From: Centroscyllium fabricii
Lineage: Eukaryota
Length of the DNA stretch: 64,000 nucleotides
NCBI GenBank assembly: GCA_051313645.2
Contig: JBNRSN020000010.1
Span: 9,362,001 to 9,426,000, forward strand
Direction of reading: 5' to 3'
A program made the translations under genes and the position numbers. Below, piece after piece: positions 12,326 through 24,955 of the stretch; the stretch's first letter is position 1, and every line of letters starts with the position of its first letter. The notes under the pieces were generated by a model, which made no database searches, was not told the origin of the DNA, and saw only the letters and a list, made by a program, of their open reading frames with translations.

Positions 12326-12799
12326 GATTAAATGGCACATGAAGGTTTCCAGGAAATGTATCTGAATCAGATTTGGATTGTTATGTTGATGCAGAAATAT
12401 GACATGGTCTCACTTTCTTAACTTTTGTCTTCCTCTGTTCCTCAGGGGTTGGCTCGCTGACGGTGCCAGAGGAATTTTCCTGTGACTCGACCACCGAGCG
12501 TATCGGATGACTGGCATCAGAAGCTCGCAGACTTTAAGCAGAGACAGCAGGAAGCCCAATTGTCAGCGAGATTTACTCTCAGGTTTTTGAGCGCATGTTC
12601 AACTTGTGCAACACATTTGGCATTGCTTCCCAACACCAGACCAAGTTCGCCGCCAGCGGATAGATTTACAGCGAAACTCTGGGGGGATCAAAAGAAAGAC
12701 GGCTTGTCCACATTGTCATCAACAACATCTTGCATTTTATAGCGCATAATATTGCAGTACACTTGTCCAAGGCGCTTCAAAGGAGCGATCATCAAATGC

Positions 12800-13632
12800 A
12801 ATTCAGATGGGCAGAACAGCGGCAAATGGAATTTAGATCTTCAGAACAGGGAAATGGAATGTAATCCTGAATAGTGTGTGGTGATGCATTTTGTGACTTA
12901 CAAGGCAAGTGTATACACAATGAATGGTAGGATCAGAGGGACCTTCGTGTGCACGTGTATATATCCCTGAAGGCAGCAGGACAGGGACATAAGGTATTTA
13001 GAAATGCATATAAGATACTTGCCTTCATTCGCCGAGGCATAGAGTATAAGAGCAGGGAGGTTATGATATAGCTGTACAAAATGCATATTAGGAAACAGCT
13101 GGAACATTGTGTGTGCAGTTATAAGCGCCTCACAAGGATAGGGGTGCGATTGCATTGCAGAGGGTGCATAGGAGCTTCACCAGATTGTTACCTGTGGTGG
13201 AGAGCTTCAGCTATGAAGTGAGTCTGGAAAGGCTGCGGTTGTTTTCCTCAGAGAAGAGAAGGCTGAGGCTGCACAAACTTATGAAAGGCACAGATAGGGT
13301 AGATAGAAAGGAACGTTTCCCCTTAGTAGAGGGGTCAATAACAAGGGGGCATAGATGCAAGGTAAGGCCAGGAGGTTTAGAGGAGATGTGAGGAAAAACA
13401 TTTTCTGCCAGAGGGCTCTTGCAATCTGGAAATAATTTCCTGAAAGGGTGGTGGAGGCAGGAACACTCACAACATTCAAGAAGCATTTAGATGAGCACTT
13501 AAAACGCTATAGCATACAAGGCTATGGAGCAAGTGCTGGAAAATGAGATTAGAGTATTTAGGAGGTAATGGCCGGCGCGGACATCATGGGCCAAAAGTCC
13601 ACATTCTGTGCTGTATAACCCTTTGACACTAT
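12800..13632 (+). mobile_element. CR1 LINE 3' fragment
   Basis: ORF 13155-13391 (QRVHRSFTRLLP...SYEVSLERLRLFSSEKRRL) is a CR1 RT C-terminus. Confidence 0.85.
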
Positions 13633-13633
13633 G

Positions 13634-14608
13634 GGGAAAGATCGGTTGGATGCGCCTCCTGTTAGCGCCTTACCTGGGCTCTAATGGGGCCTAAAGCAAC
13701 TAAAGCCCAGGAGCAGCGAGTTTAGCGCCACTCGAGAAATTGTCTAGGCATTTTGTGGCGGTGCTAAGCACTGCTGCCATGATCTCCTACGCTAGTAGAC
13801 GGTGACGGCAATGGAGTGCAACATGCCCCAGTAACGCCCCGATCGGATATTAAGAGGTACCCCCTGCCTTAGCACCTTTCGATGGCAACAATAGGTTGAA
13901 GGGAGAGCTCTGCAGTCTAAATGGGACTGGGGAATGATTTTTAAAGGTGACTGCTTCTTTCCCTTTTTGTTGGTAACATTAATGCACCACGCATTCTCTG
14001 AGACAGAGAGACTTCTGGAGAGATTCATCATTCTGTGAATGAGTTTTGGGTACTGGGGCGTACTTTGCAGGTTCATTTTGATTTACCTTTCATTGTCTCG
14101 ATTTAGAGCTGAATGTGGAGGCTGCACACTCAGTTTTCCCTGTGGCTCTCCATTGTTCTTCCCAGTAGATTGGATGCACCAGGCTCTCCAGACCGATATT
14201 CAAGGATGCACTGAGCAAGATGTGCATGGCGAGCAAGATCAACCCTCCCCTTTAAGATAAAAACAGAAAATGCAGGAGAAACTCAGCAGGTCAATCAGCA
14301 TCTGTGAAGAGAGAAAAAGAGTTAAAGTTTCAGGTCGCTGACCTTTCATCAAAAATTTCCCTTGGGAATAGCACACTGCCAGTCAATCTGTGTTCAATTG
14401 GGGACTGACATCACATGAACTTTGCCAGCGCTCTGAGGTAACACCGGCGCCCTAACAGATGTATGTAGCAGCTGATTTAGCGCTCCAAACAGCTGTAGGG
14501 TCGAGAAAACACAAGTTTGTTGTCAGTGGCGCTAATTCGCGCCAGGCGCTACATATAGAGTTGCGCCGCATGTATTGCCACAAAAGTGGCGATACCTAAT
14601 TTTCCTCA
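13634..14608. mobile_element. Composite Harbinger-type MITE with a nested Penelope-derived segment (~14258-14356)
   Basis: Inverted homologue at 50414-51375; ends ggggaaagat / aattttcctc; repeated agcgcc subterminal motifs. Confidence 0.65.
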
Positions 14609-14624
14609 TTTGCATCTATGACTA

Positions 14625-15125
14625 ATTTGATACCGAGACACATATGCATATATTAGTTCAGTTGAACAAAAGCTTGTCCAATGTGACAGGTTTTAAATAG
14701 CGCCTTGGTTGAGGAGAGAGCGACAATAGTTCCGTTTTATGGATGTTTTACTCGGGTTTAGGGACATTGACGCTGACAACATGGCCGCCAAAGGTGGAGC
14801 GATACAAATCGAATATGCGCAACAGGGCAGAATTGGAGGAACTATCTCATGTGGGTTGTAGGGCTGGATCAGATTACAGAGATATAGAGGCCGTGGAGGG
14901 TTTTGAACACATGGATGAGAATTTAACATTGCTTCAAGCAGGATCGGGAGTCAATGCAGTTCACCAGGTTGAGGGGGTGATGTGTAAACGGGACTCCGTG
15001 CAAGTTTTGAAGCAGGCAGCTGAAGCTTGTATGAGCAGTAGTTTACCGGGGGTGCAAGGCGGAAGACGGGCCAGGTGCGCATTTTATCGACCGGACTTCA
15101 TGTAACAAAAGCATGGCTGAGTGTT
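14625..15125 (-). mobile_element. L2-like LINE remnant (its 3' end is at ~12715-12800)
   Basis: Homologous to the uninterrupted copy at 61595-62180; L2-type 3' end gcgctata..aatgca.g..gttg. Confidence 0.55.
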
Positions 15126-15378
15126 TCAAAACCTGTTTTAGACCCCTGCAGCAAGCTGAAACACTATTATTAATAAAGATAAATAATTGCCTGCTACTGA
15201 GTAATGTGATGTGAGTCTAGAAATCACTGTTTGCGATATTAGCAGATGAGTTCATAATATTTTAAATGGAATCCCACCGTACAATTATAATGGTGGTCTT
15301 GACCTTGTTATGCTAATTGACTGGCGGCTTGGAATGATTGGTCTAACGATTCCGTAAGCAATATTTTACAGCAAAACT

Positions 15379-16234
15379 TAGGGAGGAAAAACAGGGCTAA
15401 TCTTACCCCTATTGCAATGGAGCGTAAACACTGGCGGAGTTTAAAACGAGCGGGAGACCGGAATCCGCCCGTTTACCGTCCGAGGGGTTTGTTTAAAGTA
15501 ACGCCTCCTTTTGTCTTATAACATACTTTCATAATGAACGGGAGTGCCATGTTACTCCTTGTGAATAACGTTTTTTACTCGCTGGGAGATTCCTCCCAAA
15601 TTAACCAGCACCGTTCCTTTTCCAAACCATGTCTGAATGGCCCAAACATTTCCCTGTAGATTCCCGTGTCTCTGTGAGCTGGAAGTCACCGGATGTGATC
15701 TTAGAGGATGAATGCCACCTTTGAAACTCATTTTCTTTAGAGGCGGTGTCAACAAATTTAAAAACATTTCTCCAATCAGGCGTCTGCTGATTGCATGGAC
15801 TCTGCCCAGGCTTTCAGTGTGGAACCGTAAATCCGTTCCCAGCTTTATAACCCGTGACAGACCGCTGATATATAATATAGGAAATGCTTACAACACGTGT
15901 ACCAGCTAAGGTGTGTATTTTGTATTAAATTAATTAGTCGGTTTAGGTATGTAAGTCTCACAGAGCAGGAATGTCCCAGGTGCTACACTGGCTTAGAGTT
16001 CGTTGGGAATGCGAACGGCAACATTATTACAACTTTGTAGCCAAATTTAACTTAGCCCGTCATTCTGGAAATTGATGGAATCGGTCGAACGCGGGATTCC
16101 TCGCTGCAAAATTTTACTCTCGAGGAAGTCACCAGAGAGTAATATAGAAGGGGGAGTGGTGGGGATAATGTAAAACTGGCTTTCCACTCGATTCTTTCAG
16201 ATTACTGCGCGGCGTGTTATGTTAAAACCACCCC
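15379..16234. mobile_element. Old MITE-like element shared by the duplicated units
   Basis: Homologous to ~62440-63495; ends gttaaaa..acccc. Confidence 0.4.
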
Positions 16235-16789
16235 ACTGCGAGGGCTGTGTTTGTGTGTGGTGGGGGTGGGGGGGGGGGGGGGGGGGGTGGCGTGGGGCGG
16301 GGAGGGAAAGTCCAGCTTTTATGAGGGAACACTCTCCGGGCAGGATGAGAAATGTGGATTCACACCCGATTACCTGACGGATCTCCTGCCACCAACAAGT
16401 GATGAAGCTCATCAGAAGGGAAAGGTGAGGAGGAGTGCTGGCAGGAGGTGTAGGAAGCAAATACGATAACCTTGTGCCTAGAAGGTAATAGCGCATTAAT
16501 AATTTAGTGCAACCTTTTTGTCAGCACGTGCATTATTGCATTAAAGATAAACACAGATTAGCATTATGCAATGTCCAAAGAATCAAACCTGGTTCCTGTT
16601 GTATTCCAGGCTGATTTTTTTCTCCAATATAAAACCATTGCGACCCGTCTCAATTTTGTCTTTATTTTGTTTATTTATGAGTTGGTTTTTCAGGTATTGC
16701 TCTTAGCTTCACACGTGTTGTCCGATACAAAATGAACGTTATTCATTAACTGCATTTTGGCGCCACTGCACCAAGTAGTTTTCTTGCTG

Positions 16790-18415
16790 AATCATAGAAT
16801 CACAGATAAAATATGACACAGAAAGAGATAATTCCGCCGAACGTGCCTGAGCTCACTTTCTGAAAGGGCGATCCAATTACTCCCACTGCCAGTTCTTTTT
16901 AGACAACTCTGCATTTTTTTCTGTTTACATTATCTTCAACTTCCTTTTTGAAAGTCATCATTGAATCTGGGTGGCTCAGCTGTGTGTTGTTAAGAGCCAG
17001 CATGGAGGTGATCTCCTCTAGACAAAGGTAAATCGGCCGACATCCGTCTACGTGTAATGCCGGGAGGAGTCAGGCGTGGACTGTAGGATGAAGGGATAAG
17101 GGAAAGATAGAAAGATGGCCGGCGGAAGAGATCAGGGGAGCGGGGAGCGCAGTGGACTCGGGGAGCCGGTAAACCGCCGGACCGATTGCTGGGCCTCAGG
17201 CCTCCGGGCGCTGCTCCCGGAGTTCGGAGCTCGGCGGATTCGGGGGAAGCCGACAAGCCGCATAGGCCGCAAAGCAAGGGACCAAGGCATTTTGAAAGCG
17301 ACCGCCGGAGCCCAGGTTCCGTGAGGTTTCGGTGGGAGCCCGAGAGGCTGGTCACAGGCATCCGGGCGCTGGTCCCGCAGTTTCGGAGCTGGGTGAGCGT
17401 CATAGCGTCGGACCAGGGTAGGCCCAGGCCTTCGAATGCGGCCAACGAAGCCCAGATTTTTCGAGCAGATTCAGGGGGAGCGAGTGAAACAACAGAATAA
17501 GGTCGGCGAGTGAAACAACAGAAAGGACTTTAAGAACTATAAGAACCTTAAGAACTTCAAGAACTTTGCGAGCAGTAGAGGTCCTGGCGGTACGAGAACA
17601 TGACTTTGATTGATGGCGCTGGTGAGGTGGTTGAAATCTCAGGGGCTCCGGGCGTGTCGAGCAGCTAAGTGTTCTTTGTTGTGCGGTGCGTTCGAACCGT
17701 GAAAAACTTATTTCACTGTCTAGATTGCACTCGTTGTATTTTACTACATGTGATAAATAAAATTGAAATTGAATTGACATTTAATCTGCGTCCACCGCCC
17801 TGACAACAGTGCATTTCAGATCACAGCAACTCACTGCGTAAATCCATTTATCATCATCTCCCCTCGTGCTCTATTTCCAATTACATTAAATCTGTTTCCT
17901 TTGGTTATTGACTCTGGTACCAGTGGAAATAGCTTCTCCTTATTTATGCTATCAAGAAAGAGGACTACTAATTTCGAACCCCTCCAATTAATCGCCTCGT
18001 TTACTTCCCTCTCTAATGAGATTATTAACACGTAACTGAAACACAACATCCCTGCTGGGATCTCCTCTGGATCATCTCCAATGTCTTCATATCCTTCCTA
18101 AATTGTGGTATCAAAGACTGGACACAGTGTTCCAGATGAGGACTAATCAATGATTTGCAAAAAATTAGCATAACTTCCTTGCATTTCTACACTGTGCTCT
18201 AGGTACAAAGCAAATTATTCCGTATGTTTGTTGAAATATCTATCAGCTTGTCCTGCTAGCATGAAAATAGTTTGCCCTTGAACACCCAGATACCCCAGTT
18301 CCGGAACCGCCTTAAAATTTTGCTGCATAGTTTATAAATATTTTCCTAATTTTTCCTTCAAAAATGCAACATTTCACTCTTCTTCAAATTAAATGTCACC
18401 TCTACTGTGTCCCAT
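16790..18415 (-). mobile_element. Old CR1 3' portion interrupted by a younger insertion
   Basis: ORF 17831-18049 (KEKLFPLVPESITKGNRF...FTQ) is a CR1 C-terminus; tail starts atcatagaatcacaga. Confidence 0.75.
16970..17777 (+). mobile_element. Unclassified young non-autonomous retroposon (GC/CpG-rich body, LINE-like tail)
   Basis: 11-bp TSD cattgaatctg / catttaatctg; 3' end aataaa(attga)n; no TE protein ORF. Confidence 0.7.
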
Positions 18416-19489
18416 TGGGGGAACACCATATATACCGTTGAAAATCGTTCTATGATGTTGGTGACATGAGACTGTTGTAGGTTCGATTTTGCAGTTTAGG
18501 TTTTGGTGTTTAAAATCGGTTGTCCTGGTTAGTAGGCTCATGGGAAGGCTGAGAAAGTAAACGGAACTGCTGGAAAACAGTAAGTAAATAAACAAATAAA
18601 TATACACACAACAAACCTGAGATGATTTCCTCCACGTAATGTGTGAAATTCCTCGATAAATGAATATCGCTGCATACGTTATAATGGGCTAGAATTTACT
18701 GTCAAAGTAATGGTGAGGCTAATGGAACTCACTGTTATTTATTCACACATCGGACATCTACTTTCAGCCAGCACAGGTGTTCAGTACAACGCATATACCT
18801 AAAGTTACTGTCCGAGAACGAGAACGGTCCAAACTTTGCGTCGAAATATCCAAACCTTGCGCCATCAAGCTGCTCTAAAATGACATATCGCTATCTGGAT
18901 CCTCATTGAAAAGTACTGAGCTGCGTCAATTTCCTGCACTTGCATGCTAGAGAGGGATTAATCACACTACAGGATGCTAGGGATTGTCCACATCAGTCAA
19001 AGTAGCATTTTAAAAGCGTGATCGATATTAATTATTGACAAAATTATTACACAACACTGATAATTAGCGTTTACGAATGTAGAGTCTCATTTCTTCAGAT
19101 ATTCATTCGTGCTAGAGATTAATTTTCAAATTAAAAAATTAAAAGACATCGTTTACCTTTCATTCTTTTTTCTCTCTCCGAATCCAATCTATATTTCCGT
19201 TTCTCTAATTAGCTTTCCCTACTTGATTTGATATGAAATACATTATTCTAAGTTGCACTTCATATTTCAAAATCTGCAATGTTCAGAAGTCAAACATCCA
19301 GTATGATTGGTGGACGGGACACATAGTTGCTTGTCCCGTTCAGAAAAGTCACATATACACTATAGCGGGCGCCGCAACATATGGGTCTGTTGTTGCATCT
19401 CCATGGACATAGATATCAAACGGGCATCCCCTTCTGAAATCGTGGCGGAGCACAGCAGTCGAGTGCAAAAGACACGTCTGAAGCATTTG

Positions 19490-20995
19490 CAACCACCTTC
19501 AGCCTGAAAAGCCGAGTGGATGAATCATACCGGCCACTTACTGAGATCGCGACCATCACAGAAGCCAGTCTAGAACCAATTCAATTCACTCCAAGTAACA
19601 TCAAGAAAGGACTGAACGAGGTGGACACAGAAAGAGTTATGAGTCCCGACAGCACCCCAGCTATCATGCTGAAGTCTGGGAATCCAGAACTAGCCGCGCC
19701 TCGAACCAAGCTGATCCAAAGCATCTACAACACTGACATTTATCCGATAATTTGTAAAATTGCTCTCAATAAGCTTCATCAGTCTGCTCTCAATCATGAG
19801 TAAATTCATGGAAGCCGTTTGTTGAAATTTCTATCAAGCTGCATTTTCTAACCAATAAACTGCTCAAAGATGCTCAGCTTGCATTCTGCCAGGGCCAACG
19901 GACAAAAGATCTCATTGCAGCCGTATTTCAAACATGGCTAAATGTACTTAATTACGGATATGAGTGAGAGTGGCTTCCCTTGACACCAAGGCTGAATTTC
20001 ACCGAGTGCGATTTCAAGCAGCCAAGGGGAATTATAAGCCATGTGAATCAGGAAGGAAATCTCCTATGGCTGCAATCATACCTTACACAGAGGAAGTTCC
20101 ATGTGCTTGCTGGAGCTCAAGCATCTATGCCCGAATAGATCGCTACATTAGAACTTCAGAACCGTGTCCAAGGCCCAACCAACTCCACCTGGCTCATCAA
20201 TGAACTACCCTCCATCATACGGTAGGAAGTGGGTAAGTTTGTTGATGAGTACACAGTGTTCAGTTGCATTCACAACTCATCAGATAAAGAAAAACACCAT
20301 TCCAGCATGCAGCAACACCTGGACGACATTCAGACGTGTTTGGATAATTAGCAACGAATATTCGCGCCACAAAAACACCAATAATTGACTATCTCCAAAA
20401 AGCGAGAATCTGATCATCGCCTCTTGACATTAAATGGCATTACCATTGACGAAACTACCACCATCAACATCATTGACAAGAAAGTTAACTGGTCCAGCCA
20501 CAGAAATAATTTTGCAACAAGAAATGTTCAAAGACTGTGTATTCTGCAGCGAGTGAATCACCTCCTGACTCCCCAATGCCTTTCCACATTTACAATGCAC
20601 AAATGAACAGTGTGATGGCGTACTCTCCAATTGCCTGGAAAGGTGCCGCTCCAACCGCACTCAGGAAGCTCAACACCATCCAGAACAAAGCAGGCCTCGT
20701 GATTTGCAGCACATCCACCAACTTAAAAATGAATTCCCTCCACCACGGCTGCAGAGTCGCTGCAGTGTGTATAATCTACAAGATGCAATGCAGCAACTAC
20801 TCAACGATTCTTCGGCAGCATCTCCCCAAGCTGCGATCTCTACCACCTGGAAGGAGAACTGCTGCAGATACATTTGGAAAACCAGCAACTCCAAGTTCCC
20901 TTTCCAGTCACACAATATCCTGACTTGGAAATACAACACCTGTCCCTCACCGTCGCTGGTCAAAATCCAGGAACTCCCTATCTAACAGCACTCTG
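19490..20995 (+). mobile_element. Degraded CR1/L2-group LINE (Crack/Daphne-like) RT
   Basis: Fragments PELAAP.TKL, VASLDTKAEFHRV, MAYSPIAWKGAAPTALRKLNTIQNKA. Confidence 0.8.
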
Positions 20996-23900
20996 TGTAA
21001 TGAGTGTAGGTTGGGCCCAAAAGCAGTACACCGAAACAGCAGATGTAGAATAAACTACTTTATATATGAGCAGTAGAAGACACTGGTAACAGTGGGTCGA
21101 TATATAGGCAGAATGTTCAACGGAGGCAACAAGTCCAAAAGAGATGTCAGGCAGAAGAGAATCCAAAATTCCACGAAAGCGACAAATCCAAACGGGGTCA
21201 GGCAGAAGACAGTCTACGGTCCAGAAAGCTGGTCAGTATCTCGAACAGGCAGGATAAGAAAACTAAGAACAAAACACAGGTTACCTCAGACAGAAAGCAC
21301 AAAACGATCTGGCAATTACTGGGTAGAAAACATGGGTTTAAATGCAGCTCCTGATTGTCACTTGTGACTCTGGCCTGTTCAATCAGGTGCGAACGAAGGA
21401 GGTGGTTGCCAAGCAGAGCTAATGAGCTAGTTGCCAGTTAAAGAGGAAGAGCCAACATATGACAGAACACCCCCCCCCCACCCGCCATCAAGGCACGGCT
21501 CCCGACGTCCCAAACCCCAAATGCCGGAGTTGAGTGGGCGGAGGGGGTGCGGATGAGGGACTAATATTCCACGGAACACTCATCCACGTCCATTTCATCA
21601 GTCGAATGGAGGGAATTCTCCTCATCAGACGATTGCACCTCCTCGTACAGGGTTTCAGGAGAATGCACGGAACTGGTCACTTGACCAGACTCCCCAGGGG
21701 GCGCAGTCCTCCTATTCGACTGGTCGGGATGTCTTCTGTGGAAGTCGGTCAGAAGCTGAGGATCAACAATGTGTCGGGCAGGAACCCAGGAGCTCTCCTC
21801 TGGACCATAACCCTCCCAGTCCACCAGGTACTGATGTCCTCTCCCTCGGCGACGGGAGCGAAGCAGGCGCCGAACCGTGTAGACCAACCCCCCATCGAGC
21901 ATACGAGGAAGCGGTGGGGGCGTAGCAACAGGCACCAATGCACTCTCTCGTGCTGGTTTGACCAGCGACACATGAAAAGTGGGATGAACCCGCATATATC
22001 GAGGAAGCTTCAATCTCAATCCCGCTGGATTGATGACCTACTGGATCTCGAAGGGACCGATAAACCTGGGAGCTAGCTTCTTAGACTCCACCTGGAGGGC
22101 CAGCTCCTTAGTGGAGAGCCACGCCTTCTGACCAGCCTGATAGGTAGGAGCCTCCGAGCGACGACGGTTGGCTGCGGCAGAATAGCGGTCCGCTGAGCGA
22201 AGCAGCAAAGTCCGAGCCTGGTCCCAAGTCCGGAAACAATGACGAATAAACGACTGGATGGACGGACAGGAAACCTCCCTCTCCAGGTCTGGAAACAATT
22301 GAGCCTGGAACCCATAGGTGCACTGGAACGGAGAGAGTCCGGGGGCGGAACTGGGCAGGGTGTTGTGGGCGTACTCAACCCACAGGAGTAACTGGGACCA
22401 GGAAGAGGGATTCTGGGAGACCATGCATCGTATAGTCTTCTCCATCTCCTGATTCATACGTTCAGACTGCCCATTGGACTGTGGATGAAAACCTGAAGAC
22501 AGACTGACTGTGGCCCCGATCAGCATGCAGAACTCCCTCCAGAATACTGACGTAAACTGTGGACCTCGATCAGAGACTACGTCGACAGGAAGACCATGAA
22601 GGCGGAAGACATGTTGCAGCATAAGTTCAGCTGTCTCCTTCGCCGAGGGCAGTTTAGGCAGAGATACGAAATTTGCCATCTTGCTGAATCGGTCCACCAC
22701 TGTTAGGATAGTGGTTAGTCCCTTGGATGGAGGCAGGCCGGTAACAAAATCTAAGGATATGTGGGTCCAAGGATGATGAGGCACAGGAAGACGTTGCAGA
22801 CGACCAGCGGGAGCCCGATGAGATGGCTTGTGTTGATTGCAGACCGAGCAGGCGTTGACAAACTCCCGGGTGTCTTCTTCCAGAGTTTCCCACCAGAACC
22901 TCCGCAGTATAAGCTCCTTGGTCCTTTGAGCCCCCGGATGACAGGAAAGCTTGGAAGCGTGGGCCCACTGGAGAACCTCAGTTCTAAGATTCCTGGGAAT
23001 GAACAGACGGTCGGGAGGACAACCGCTGGGACCTGCCTGATTCTACACGGCTGATCTCACTCTCTCCTCGATTTCCACGTAATGGCAGCAATCAGACATG
23101 GAGCTGGAAGGATGAGGTCAGATCCAGGAGAGGAACTCAGCTCCTTCTGGAACTGGCGGGACAGAGCATCAGGTTTGATGCTGCGAGAACCAGGCCGGTA
23201 GGAGATGGAGAAGTTGAAATGGGTAAAGAAGAGGGACCACCTGGCCTGCCGAGAATTCAACCTCTTAACCGTTCGAATGTATTCGAGGTTGCTATGGTCT
23301 GTCCATACTAGGAACGGGAGCTTGGTCCCCTCTAGCCAATGGCGCCACTCCTCCAATGCCATCTTGACCGCCAGTAACTCCCGGTTCCTGATGTCGTAAT
23401 TCCTCTGTGCCAAGGACAGGCGCTTAGAAAAAAAGGCACAGGGATGTAGCCTTTCGTCGGAAGCAGCACGTTGGGACAGGATAGCTCCTACTCCCATATC
23501 TGATGTCTCCACCTCCACCACGAACTGCTGATCCGGATCATGCACCTGGAGAATTGCAGCAGAGGTGTACCGGGACCTGAGACCTCTAAAAGCCTCCACT
23601 GCTGCGGAAGACCACAGAAACGGACCTTAGATGAGGTAAGGACCGATAACGGGGCCGCTACCATGCTGTAGCCGCGAATGAACCTCCGCTATAAGCTAGC
23701 AAACCCCAGGAACCGCTGTAGCTGTTTACGTGTCTCCGGAATAGGCCAAGACGCAACAGCTGACACCTTCTCTGGTACCATCTGCACGCTCCCCTGCGCA
23801 ATGATGTTACCCAATAAAGATACGGTTGTGGCGTGAAATTCACACTTCTCTCCCTTCACGAATAAAGAGTTCTCGAGGAGCCATTGCAGGACAGTCTGGA

Positions 23901-24955
23901 CATGGTGAACATGCTCCTCACGAGACTGAGAAAAAATCAAAATATCGTCCATGTATACGAACACAAACCAGTTCATCATGTCCATTAACACGTCATTCAC
24001 CGGAGCGTTGGTTAGCCCGAACGGCATTACGAGGTATTCATAATGACCAGTGGGAGTGTTGAAAGCTGTCTTCCATTCATCGCCATCTCGGATCCGGACC
24101 AGATGATAGGCGTTACGATTGTCAAGCTTGGTAAAGATGATCGCCCCCTATAGCAACTCAAAGGCAGAAGAGATGAGTGGAAAGGGATACCGGTTCTTTC
24201 TGGTGGTGTAATTTAGGCACCTGTAGTCGATGCATTGTCGCAGCGACCCGTCCTTCTTACCAACAAAAAATAATCCAGCCCCAGCAGGTGATGAAGAGGG
24301 ACGGATGATCCCCGCCGCCATAGAGTCACTGATGTACGCTTCCATGGCCTCCCTCTCAGGTGCAGACAAGGAGTACAGGCGTCCCTTGGGTGGGGAAGAA
24401 CCTGGCTGCAGATCAATGGCACAGTCGTAGGGGCGATGTAGAGGCAGCGACGTGGTCTTAGCCTTACTGAATACCTCACTAAATACGTGGTACTCAGTGG
24501 GGACCACCGACAGATCTGGAGCGGGAAGAGATGTTAATGGCTGTCGGGAGACGGTGGCCTGATTCAGACAGACCTGGTGACAGGAGGAACTCCACCCCAG
24601 AATGGTGCCCGTGTTCCAGTCAATATGGGGGCTGTGGCGGCGAAGCCAGGTGTGTCCCAGAATCAAAGGCAGCCGAGGTGATTTCAGGATATGAAACTGA
24701 ATACTCTCATAATGATTGCCAGACATAAGCATGTGAACCGGTGAGGTCTGATGTGTCACCGTTCCCAGAAGGTGACCGTCGAGGGTGTTGGCAGGAACCG
24801 GCTGTGGCAGTGGAACACGGTCAATCCCCAGCTGCGTGACATTCTCCTCATCAATAATATTAGCGTCGGCTCCAGAGTAAATAAAGGTGGCGAAAGTCTG
24901 GGAACCACTGGGAAGCAGAAGTCTGGCGTGGCACAAGGGTCGTGGATTGGAAGAG
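20996..24955 (-). mobile_element. Chromoviral Ty3/Gypsy (sushi-like) LTR retrotransposon, 5'-truncated, frameshifted pol
   Basis: Protease ([12 protein letters not shown]), RT ([13 protein letters not shown]), RNase H ([11 protein letters not shown]), integrase (SDRGPQF, HPQSNGQSER), chromodomain ([15 protein letters not shown]), PPT at 21465-21480 and 3' LTR TG...CA 21464-20996. Confidence 0.95.

Noticed and set aside
16257-16292. Poly-G tract as a functional G-quadruplex
   Set aside because: Absent from the paralogous position near 63520; likely slippage expansion
16330-16430. Plus-strand exon ending aaag|gtgag shared with 63560-63650
   Set aside because: No conserved reading frame or partner exons; similarity is explained by the segmental duplication
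16990-17500. Pro/Gly/Arg-rich ORFs of 104-151 aa
   Set aside because: By-products of a GC-rich retroposon body with no recognisable domain
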